A stretch of DNA of 64,000 nt from Haplodiscus bocki (taxonomy: Eukaryota), in NCBI GenBank assembly GCA_965655095.1, contig OZ296650.1, positions 53,754,001 through 53,818,000 on the forward strand. The letters run 5' to 3'. A model generated the notes under the pieces. It was not told where the DNA came from. It saw only the letters and a list, made by a program, of their open reading frames with translations, and searched no databases. Both the position numbers and the translations under genes were made by a program. Shown here piece after piece: positions 50,955-60,479 of the stretch. Within the stretch, counting starts at the first letter, position 1, and every line of letters begins with the position of its first letter.

Positions 50955-51535
50955 TTGAAAAGCAGATTTCAAAACAAATTTTTAACAACGTGTCAGATTT
51001 TAAATGTGATTTTTCACAAGGCGTTACATTTTAAAACAAAAAGTTTGCAACAAAAAGTTTTTCTAAGAAGCACAATTTTGACGAAAAAATATTTTTAAAA
51101 AGCACGATTCTGAAGAAAAAGATGTTTTTAAAAAGCACGATTTTGAATTAAAAAAAATTTAAAGCAGATTCTGAAAAAACTTTTTGCACACAAAAAATCA
51201 CGTTTTGATTCTTTTTACCCCGTAAGATGTGCAAATTTTGCGTTTTACGTGCAATTTTAAAAAGCACGTTTTAGAAGGAAAAGTTTTTTCTTAAAAGCAT
51301 GATTTTGAAGAAGAAAAATTGTTTGAAAAGCACGATTTCAAAAAAAAAATTATTTCTAAAAAGCATGATTTTGAAGGAAAACGTTTTTGTAAAAAGCAAG
51401 ATTTTCAATTAAAATGTTTTCGTCTTGTCAGATTTTGAATCAAAATTTTTTCGTCTTGTCTGATTTTAGAACCAAACTTTTCGTCTTGTCAGGTTTTAGA
51501 ACAAATTTTTTACAACGCGTCAGATTTTGAACAAT
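50955..51535 (+). repeat. Internal tandem array of ~30-33-bp A/T-tract units
   Basis: About ten AAAAGCA(C/T)GATTTTGAA-type units, plus (CGTCTT/CAACGC)GTCAGATTTT(G/A) units at 50985 and 51421-51530. Confidence 0.85.
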
Positions 51536-51882
51536 TTACCTAAGTCCACCACATGTACTTTTCACAACGTTGTCTTTTCTATAACCATGTACAGTTACAG
51601 CCTACAATCTCCTCGTCAACTAGATTATAGCACTCTCCACCGTTCAAACAATACTTTTTGTACCCTTTTTCGCAAGGACTTTCGCTTTTGATTTCGCTGT
51701 GATGTCCCACTTTCTATTCTGAAGTTACTTGATATATGCAAAAACCAATTGCTGCTAATAGTAAAGCTTCAACGAATAATACAGTTTTAATCTGAGACAT
51801 GTCTGACTAGTTTTTGAAAAAGTTTATTATAAAATGAAACACGTTAAATATAATTTAAATCAAAACACAAACACAGTAAAAC

Positions 51883-52458
51883 TCATCGAAACAATTTTCT
51901 AAAAACATAATCGGGTACATTTTCTGTTCTTGCTCGAAAAGCGCGACTTTTCTGCAGCCTGGGAGGTTCCATGGGTCTGACAGACTCGGGTGTTGATGAA
52001 GGAGCATTCTCTTTGTCTTCCTGTTCATCCAACACAATGAGGTTTTCAACTGATCCCTCCATAAATAAATCGTCAAAGATTGTTGGAGAGAAAGGGGTGT
52101 CTATGCCTGGTCTGAACACTGCGTCCAACTCCAATTGTGAATTCTCCCAGTTGAATTCTATGTCTTCGAGATCCGACACTTGATAATTGCTGGTATCCAA
52201 GTCTTGAGCCCCCACACTGGACAGTACTTCTTCTCTCATTTCAATTGTTCCCTCTTGGTTGGGAGTAATTAGAACTCGCGCTAGGTGGTTGTTCAAAAAG
52301 ACTTGTCTTTGAGACAAGAGCAATTGCCAGGCTGCTAGGGGTATTTCATGTGAGCTGATTGTTATTTTTTGGTTGAGATCATTTACTGCAATAGTAACAG
52401 AGTCGGGACTAAAATCGAGAGTCCACTGGATTCCGTCGTTTGAGACTGAGAAGATCAT
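51883..52458 (-). CDS. Intact 191-aa accessory ORF: N-terminal beta/alpha domain plus acidic, disordered tail
   Basis: ATG to TGA uninterrupted; VTIAVNDLNQKITISSHEIPLAAWQLLLSQRQVFL followed by a D/E-rich region (VSDLEDIEFNWENSQLELD...FDDLFME). Confidence 0.75.
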   Translation of the reverse strand: MIFSVSNDGIQWTLDFSPDSVTIAVNDLNQKITISSHEIPLAAWQLLLSQRQVFLNNHLARVLITPNQEGTIEMREEVLSSVGAQDLDTSNYQVSDLEDIEFNWENSQLELDAVFRPGIDTPFSPTIFDDLFMEGSVENLIVLDEQEDKENAPSSTPESVRPMEPPRLQKSRAFRARTENVPDYVFRKLFR

Positions 52459-52599
52459 GATTTTTTCTGTAAGTTAGCTGAAGGTTGAATAAAGTTGGCT
52501 GGTTGACAAAAGGTTGAAATTGAATAAAAAGGTTTGAAAAATGAAAATGTTGCTCAAATCATCAGCCAATAGGAAACGGATACGTTTCTTCCACATTTG

Positions 52600-53176
52600 G
52601 ACTCATTTCAACCTTTTTTGTTGCAGGTGACTGTGGTTGGTGGGGAATTGTTCCGAGAAAAAACCTTAATGAACATTTCTTTGTCGGGTAACATCTTTTT
52701 TAGCAAAGAAAAAGCGCGTTTTGTCTGTTTGTGTCGTCTTAATGTGCTCTTGTAACATAAAATGAACTTTGTGAACAAACAACCAGGCTCCACACTTTCC
52801 ACAACCATAAATGGATCTTGGTGTTGTTACATAACCGCAAAGAGGTTCGCATTCCTCTCTGTTCGAAAAATACTTGGCAGGACAAAAGACATCTCCAATA
52901 ACTTTCTGAATTGGGTTTGGGCTCTCTTCAAAAATGTAAACGCTTTTGACCAAGCGACAAGTAAAATGAGTTTGTTTGTTCTTCGAAAAGAATATTGCGC
53001 ACCTGACACACAGACGCGCAATGCGGTCATTGACAATCGGTTCTGCCGGGAGATTCAAAAGTCTTTTTGTGCGGGCAAAGTTTACCCGAACACTTTGTAT
53101 TTGGACAATACACGTTCCCAATGAGAATAAAAGTGCTATTGTCATACCCACAATCTGGAGTGCTTGCGCTGCACAT
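52600..53176 (-). pseudogene. Cys-rich protein with two zinc-ribbon-like units
   Basis: IGNVYCPNTKCSGKLC...CQ*PHC and IGDVFCPAK...LCG...YGCGKCGAW lie in successive frames. Confidence 0.45.
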
Positions 53177-53795
53177 TGTATTTGCTCTCAAAAATGTCAC
53201 ACTTGTAAGCAACAAAAAATCATTTCTTGTAGATATGTTTGATTTCGCGGTAACCCAGGTTGACAACTTCTGTAAGAATGAATTGATCACCGTATTGTTC
53301 AAACTTTTCGATGGAAAATGCGCAAGTCTTGTTCTTTTCAAACCGGAACGATAATCGAAATTGTCTGTTCAAATGGTCAACTGTATCCTTGTAACAATGA
53401 CCGAAAAGTTTGTCTTTTCCTTTTGTAAACCCAATCTCAATTCTAGGTTTGGGTAATGGAATCTGCGGTACTTTGTTGGCTTAATCAAAAGCTTGGAGAA
53501 ATTCACCCAAACTGTCGAGTAGAGACTCAATTCGTTTTTCGGAAGTGCTGACTTCTTCCTTGAGAACAAATCGTTGCTGTAACTTTGAATCGCAAAAATG
53601 AAACACTTTGAATGCAGAAGACTTTTTGTTGGATCCTTTGCCAACTCGAAAGTATCGGTGGTGGGACTGTGAAATGTCCGAATTGTTGTAACAAAAGTAA
53701 CTATCAACGTCGGTTTCGTCCAAAAATTCTTCTGGTATTTCCTCGTTTACTGAATAAAGTTTGCACAAGCTCGAAATTTGCTTTTTGGAACACAT
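53175..53795 (-). pseudogene. Accessory protein with two tandem PC4/PurA-like repeats
   Basis: A single frame with two in-frame stops: ...AFKVFHFCDSKLQQRFVLKEEVSTSEKRIESLLDSLGEFLQAFD*...CAFSIEKFEQYGDQFILTEVVNLGYREIKHIYKK*. Confidence 0.55.
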
Positions 53796-54125
53796 CAACT
53801 GATTATAAATGAAAACAGATTGTAGAATGAAAAGTGGTGTAGCGGTAAAAATAATGCTGATTTGTCAAGGAATTTGATTTGAACAATGACAACACTTTTG
53901 TCCAACCAGATTCCTGTACTGCAACTTTGTCTAATAAATTGTGAAACTGTGGCGGTTGAAAGTTTTGATCAATTTTTGCCGGTGAATACTAGAAATTTCT
54001 AGAACAATCCATAAACAGGTACTTTTAACTACTACGCTAATTGTGCGGTAAACAAAAGGTATATCTTTCATAGGTTGATTGACAATTGAGATTAAGACTC
54101 TTTTGTTCAACTTGAATATTTTTCG

Positions 54126-54290
54126 CAGACTAAGCGTCTACTTAACAGGGGGAAATTTTTGCGCTTGATTAAATTTCTCAGACAGTCTTTCTACTTATCT
54201 GGGGGAATTTTTCCACTTGAGTAGTTTTATCAGACAGTGTGTCTATTTATCGGGGGTACTTGTTTACTTCCCTCAGACAAACTGTCACCT
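54126..54290 (+). promoter_or_regulatory. ~53-bp tandem repeats in the divergent intergenic region upstream of pPolB
   Basis: CAGAC..(G/T)TCTA(C/T)TTA..GGGGG units start at 54126, 54179 and 54231, with a partial unit at 54274. The regulatory role is inferred from position only. Confidence 0.5.
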
Positions 54291-54568
54291 TGTCGGGAGA
54301 TTAAAGCTTTTTTAATTACGTTGTCAGATGTTACGTCTAAACATGGAGGAAATGATTCACAGCTCATGCGGTATTTATTTTTGAAGTAAGTCTTGCCTTT
54401 TATGGTTGCTCTTTCATTTTATGGAATTTTCTGGAGTTTTCTTGTGATTGAGCAATATAATATAAAAATACTTGCTACAAAACTTTAACCATTATCTCTT
54501 TTGCAATGCGAAAATCAAGTAGGTAAAGTTGTTACGTTAATTTTCAGATTATTTTGTATATTACTAAA

Positions 54569-57500
54569 ATGCCTGCTCTGGATCGAAATGTTAAAATTAC
54601 TTGCGGAAATTGTGGAACTTCAGTAACGAAGAAAAATTTATTTCGACACAAGAAAAATTGTTCAGCTGGTACATTGTATTGTTCAAAATGTGCCAATTTC
54701 TTTACAAAATCAAGGGATGATTTAAATTATCTTATTGCCAAAAAACACAGTGTTCCAAGACCTTCAAAAACATACAAGTGTAAACTATGTTATGCAGAAT
54801 TTCCCGGTTTTTATGCTTCACGTCAACACACAAACACTCAACGGGGAACACAAATTGGATTCGGAGTGGGCAATATTGATGTGGAGGATATAGTGGGAAA
54901 TATTGACGATCAAATATTGGGAGAGGAATTGGAATCTTGCAAACACATTTTGACACATACTGAAATGAAGAATGGAAGACACTGAGTCTTCAACTTTCCC
55001 CTGTCATCCTTTGACATTTCTTTGCTCATCAATAAACTGGATTATGTATTCAAAAAGCTGAAATGTGCTGCAAAAGTTAACATTGCATTTGGATTCGTTC
55101 TGAAAAATATTGAGGATGGAATGTGCAGATACTTTTATGCTCACGAGAACAATACGGCTATGGAAAAATCGAAACTTGTGTGTACACCTGACAATATTGC
55201 CAACCTGAAAAAGAAATTACAGAAAATGGATACTTTTGATCTTCGCACACGAGAGAGAGCCAATACAAAATGGAATTTTTACAAACTAACAAATGTGCCA
55301 GTTTTTGCAGAGCTACTCAAAAATATACCCATGGGTTGCAAAGATGCAGTCATACCTGAACCACTTTCGAGAACTTGTAATGTGAATTGGCTTACTTTTG
55401 AGAGAACTAGGAGTGAACCCTACAATAACAATCTTTGTCTTTTCAGAGCAGTTGCTCTGCACTTATTTGGTAACGAGAGATTGGGGGGGAAACATCCGAA
55501 ATCTTCAACATTTTCTTGAACATTTGTGGCGATGGAGATCCATCAACGTTCCAGGGTGTTCAAATGACTGATATTCCGAAAGTGGAGGAGAAGTTGCAAC
55601 TCAAATTTTTCCTTTACGACATTGATTTTGTGGATGGAGAGCTGATTGGGGAACTAGCACGAAGAAGTATTCAAAAGTTTGAAAAGAGCGTCAAACTTTT
55701 ACGTTATAACAATCACATTTGTTACGTCAGCGATATCAACTCCTTATTCAATTTTTTTCGCTGCAGCACATGTGACACAATCTTTTCAGAGACTGGAAAT
55801 TTGAAGCGATTTTTGATTACATGTAGCAAGCGAGTCAAGCACATTTACCCAAAGAATGTATACTAGTTAAGAGAAACTCTCTTTGAAAAGTTGGATTCTT
55901 TCAAAATTCAAAACAGAGAAGATCAGAAGCTGTTCAAAAACTTGGCCAATTTTGATTTCAAATCCGTTTGCGTTAAAGACGAGACGTATAAAGAAACTGA
56001 AACTACAAAATGGATTGGAAGACATGTCCCTATATCAGTCTCAGTTTCGTCAAACCTAACACCAGAACCCATTTTTCTTTGCAATTCAGATCCTCTGCAC
56101 CTTGTACCTTCTTTTATCAGAACCCTTGAAGGCTTGGCAACGCAAAGCGAAGCACAAATGAAATTAAAATTTATTGAAGTAGAGATCGCAATCAACATTA
56201 AACTATCTAGTGTCTTGGAACAACTCAACCAAAGACACAGTCGAAGAGATTGAGTCATTGATTTCGAAGACGACGAGTTTTTCAACGACACTGCGGACGA
56301 GAAAGAGTTGTCTTCTCAGTTCCTCCAATGCAGAAAAACGAACTAATTGATTTGAAGGAACACTTTGAGCGTTATTGTAACACGTTGCCAGTTTATGGTT
56401 TTAACAGTGCAAAATACGATATCAATTTGATGAAGTCGGATCTGTTGCCAATTCTTGTAACGAACGACAAATTGAACCAACAGTTATCAAAAAAGCTGAT
56501 CAGTTTGTTTCCTTCAAGTTAGGTGATGTCCAGTTACTTGATATTTTGAACTTCCTTGGTGGGGCCACTAGTCTTGACTCGTTGTTCCTCAAAGCTTACA
56601 AAACAGTTGAAACTAAAGGCTTTTTCCCCTATGAGTGGTTCAACAATCCCGAAAAGTTGAACAAGAATGAACTACCTGCATACGATTCCTTCTTTAGCAA
56701 ACTGCTTAATATTAATCTTCTCGAGAAAGATTATAACGACTTTGAAAACCTCAGTAATAGTGGTTTATCGAAAGAGCAAGCAGTATGCAAGTTACGACTG
56801 AAAAAGATACCTCCAACAGGTGATGAAAATTACTCATTTTTGCAGAGCATCTGGGTGAGCGAAAGAATGAAATCTTTCAAAGACTTTCATATGAAGTACA
56901 ATAACAAGGATGTTGTTCCAACTCTAGAAGCAATTCAGAAAATGATTGAATTTTACCACCAAAAGGAGATTGATATGTTAAAGTGGGGTTGTACTTTACC
57001 TAATTTGGCAATCATTTGCCTGCATAAATCAACAGACTCAAAGTTTTATCTTTTTACTGAAAGCGACAAAGACTTGTTGGAGAAGATGCGTGAAGATTTG
57101 GTTGGTGGTCCCTCCGTTGTATTTACACGCAAAGCAGTGGTTGACGAAACTTTTATCCGCAAATCAACGGATTTGTGCAAGTCACTTGTCGGCATAGACG
57201 CAAACCAACTCTATCCCTTTTCGATGTGTCAACCAATGCCTACTGGATTGTATGCAAGTTAGAATTATGAAATAGAATGTCAAAAGTTCTGGCCTCGACA
57301 GAACAAAACACGCTCTTTTGAAATAATGGTCCTTTCTTATTTTCAACAATCTCGTCCGGAGTGTAAGATTGAAAGCAATGTTGCAACTGGTAGACAAAAG
57401 GAGATTGATTGATGCAATCTGTTACCAATGTAACACTGTCTTTGAAGCAATGGGCTGTTATTTCCACTACTGTTCATGCCAAGAAGGTCGCCCGTCATTG

Positions 57501-58908
57501 ATTGACAACGAAATTATGAGAGGCATAAGAAAGAGGGAACAAGACCAAATGCGCAAAGATTATAGCCAACAGAAAGGATACAAAACTATTGGAATGTGGG
57601 AGTGCAAGTGTTGGGGATTATACCGAACTGATGCAACAGTAAAAAATCATCATCGAGCAAATTTCCCCTATGAACGGCCTCTCAGCGAAGAACAACTCAG
57701 GCAAGAGATTATGAGTGGGAGGCTGTTTGGTTAGGTTCAATGCCACCTCAAAGTTCCTGAACACCTGGAGGCATACTTTGCCAATCCCAATTTTCAAAAG
57801 TACTGTTGTAAGTAGAATTTATATCGGAGGTTTGATGAAAGAATATGGAGAAAAAAAATGGGATTATGTCACAACCCAGAAGAATGCTCATATCAAGCTT
57901 CCACCTAAAGAATGGAACTATCATCAATCCCTTACTATGATATTACTTGCATCTGGGGCTTGAAGGTACAAAAGTTCAACAATTCTTCAGTATACTCCCA
58001 AGAAGTGTTTCAATAGCTTTGTGCAGTCTGCCATCAATGCTCGAAGATAAAGAGATGAAAATCCCAACTCAAGCGTAGTGGCTGAAACAATGAAATTTTT
58101 AGCAAACAGTTCCTACGGATAGCAGATCATAGATCGGAGTCGACATACTGTGACAAAGTAGTTGAACGATGAAAAGACTCACAGTGCAATTAATAGTGAA
58201 CTTTTCAAACAACTTAACTTCATCAATGATTAATTGTAAGAGGTTGAACTTGTCAAGTCAGAAATTGAGCACCGAGAACAAATCATTGTCGGTTTCTTCA
58301 TTTTGCAATATGCCAAACTCAGAATGTTGGAGCTTTATCATAACCTCTTTAAAAAGTTTTGCGATACCGAAAAGTATGAAGAGCTTGAAAAGGATACCGA
58401 CTCTCTATTTTTACCTCTGTCGGAAGACAACTTAGAAGACAATATTCTCCCAAAAAAAAGAAACGAATGGGAAGCAATACGTTCGCGAGACTGTACTGAT
58501 AGCTTCACTGCGAATGCAACAAATGACTTCTTCCCAAGAACATGTTGTACTGCTCAGAAGAAGCATGATAAGAGGGAGCCGGGACCATTTAAAGAAGAAT
58601 TCAGGTATTCAGAAATGTTGTGCTTGTGTTGCAAAACCTATTGTTGCTACGATCGAAAGAGTAACAAGTACAAATTCAGTAGCAAGGGACTCAATAAAAG
58701 AACTCTGGAAGACTGTGGAGATGGACCCATGTCAAAGTATCGCAAAGTGTTAGAAGAGGCAGCCAACGTTACTTCAACCAGCAGAGGGTTTCAAAAAATG
58801 AAACATAGCGTTGCAACCTACGAACAGACAAAACAGGGATTGTCCTATTTCTACCCAAAACGTCTTGTAGAAGAAGATGGAATACATACTGAACCATTAG
58901 ATTTATAA
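54569..58908 (+). pseudogene. polB: Protein-primed B-family DNA polymerase (pPolB) polyprotein, fragmented
   Basis: N-terminal C2H2-type zinc fingers; NNNLCLFRAV...YNNHICY (OTU-like Cys/His); ExoI NFDFKS, ExoII GFNSAKYD, ExoIII YNNKDV; motif A DANQLYP; motif B KFLANSSYG (~58095-58120); motif C DTDS; KGL. Many stops and frameshifts. Confidence 0.95.
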
Positions 58909-59024
58909 ACTTTTCTTTCAATGCGGTCTTGTAGTTTTATACATTCTATTTATCTTTACCTTGTCCGCTTGTAATTCCATACATTCGAATTAACTTTTTA
59001 AACTTTTTACACAATCTTTTTACA

Positions 59025-59666
59025 TAACATCGAACCGCACACGTAATAAAATATCCGCAGGCGTATTGTTTATCCTCGCGGGCGGTGGGCACCCAAAAAA
59101 ATTTGAAACCTTTTTGAAAAAGTCTCACAGTACCGAAAATTAACGCACAATGCCGAAAAAGGGTCTTTCCATATCTTTATACATTGAGACGAACTATAGC
59201 CTATGCTTATACATTACCGATCTCCTTTGCGTTTCTTGATACATGCATCCCTATCTTATTACATGCATTACCTATCTTAATACATTGACTCGAATTTCGG
59301 CTCTCGGCTCCATATCTTGAAACATGCATCGCCCATCTTAATACATTGAGTCGGCTTTCGGCTCCTTATCCTTACACATTGAACCGACATGACTCGGCAG
59401 CCAATCAGAATCGAGTATTACGTCACCCGAGTCAAACACCCTCGGCTCTCGGCAGCCAATCAGAATCGAGTACTACGTAACGCGAGTCGTCAGCTAATCA
59501 GACTCGAGCATAACGTCACCGGAATCGAGTCTTACGTCACCCCAGAGCTCTCGGCTAGGGGTGAGGATCCTTCTCGGTTTTCGGCTCGAGTCGGCTTGCA
59601 ATAGCCAACCTTAATACATTAGGGTCCTCAAGCCCCCTGCTCACCTTAGCTCACACTCTTACTTCT
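59025..59666 (-). repeat. Right terminal inverted repeat (~640 bp)
   Basis: Ends ...CCCCCTGCTCACCTTAGCTCACACTCTTACTTCT, the reverse complement of the left end. Confidence 0.95.
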
Positions 59667-59672
59667 CAGTTC
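59667..59672 (+). repeat. Right target-site duplication CAGTTC
   Basis: Identical to 42134-42139. Confidence 0.97.
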
Positions 59673-60055
59673 AAGGAAGCAACACCGGTGAAAAAAAAAG
59701 ACCAAATTTCAGATTTTTGGGTGAACATTTGCCATTTGTCTACTCTGTAAGGAAACGGAAGAATCAAATCACTTCATTAAGCGTATCAAAGACAAAAATT
59801 GTCACGGAGATTATGTAAACTGTGAATACGGGCACGTAAGCATTGTCAGATGCACTGCATTGCACTTCATGCTTATAAAAACAATACGCTCATTTGGCGA
59901 TAGTCACAAATTTGAGCGCCAGTGACCTGACCATAATAAAACTGGCAAAAGACAAACACATACAGCAAAGATTTTTTTGCTTGTGTTGATTCAAAACAAA
60001 CTGTCCTGCGCTCAATTAGATGATGGAAAAAGTGTTTCTTTTGTTCTGAAGACAT
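59673..60055 (-). pseudogene. Decayed ORF of unknown family (copy B), 5' part
   Basis: ...DKWQMFTQKSEIWSFFFTGVASLN continues in frame into CLINYFTD at 42133 once the Polinton and one TSD are removed. Confidence 0.55.
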
Positions 60056-60479
60056 CGGAACTTGGGGTTGAAATGAGGCATGTCGTGGATAAATATTCAG
60101 TAGGGAGCCAATATTCTCCAGGGGTTTCTCCAGTCAAAAAAGTGGTTCAGCAAGTCGTCGAAACTCAGGAGCACTTTTTGAATTGAGGAGCAGCAGAGTC
60201 AGCAATGTCCAAGCGAACTGCCAGATTTCTTCAAATCACTGCCAGCAGTACTGCAAAACCGGAGTGGAGACATCTAAACACAAAAAGCGTACAGCTTGCT
60301 GGAGAAGAATAATGCAATCAGTTCAGTGCTGAAACTATTTGGTGAAGGTTTCCTTAACAGTGAAGGTGATTTTTACTTCGATAATAATAGTCTTTTTGTT
60401 TCGAGGGTCAAAAAATTAGTGGAAATGGAAGAACCAGGCAACGAAGCAGACAAAATATTCTACAAAATCTCAGTAGCAC

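Larger units (their letters stand above)
42140..59666. mobile_element. Polinton/Maverick (adintovirus-like endogenous virus), full-length but decayed, 17.5 kb
   Basis: 5'-AGTAGT...ACTTCT-3' termini, ~650-bp TIRs and a 6-bp TSD. Contains pPolB, RVE integrase, packaging ATPase, adenain-like protease, and major and minor capsid genes; most ORFs carry stops or frameshifts. Confidence 0.97.

Noticed and set aside
50955-51535. Regularly spaced ~30-bp repeats that could be mistaken for a CRISPR array
   Set aside because: The units are contiguous and degenerate, separated by A/T tracts rather than unique spacers. There are no cas genes and the context is eukaryotic.
54569-58908. Possible alternative genetic code or stop read-through explaining the broken pPolB
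   Set aside because: The interruptions include TGA, TAG, TAA and several frameshifts, and the TIRs are ~15% diverged, so neutral decay is sufficient.
59389-59604. 71-aa ORF with repeated NQNRVLR-like peptides
   Set aside because: Lies within the right TIR and merely translates the CCAAT/ACGT nucleotide repeats.
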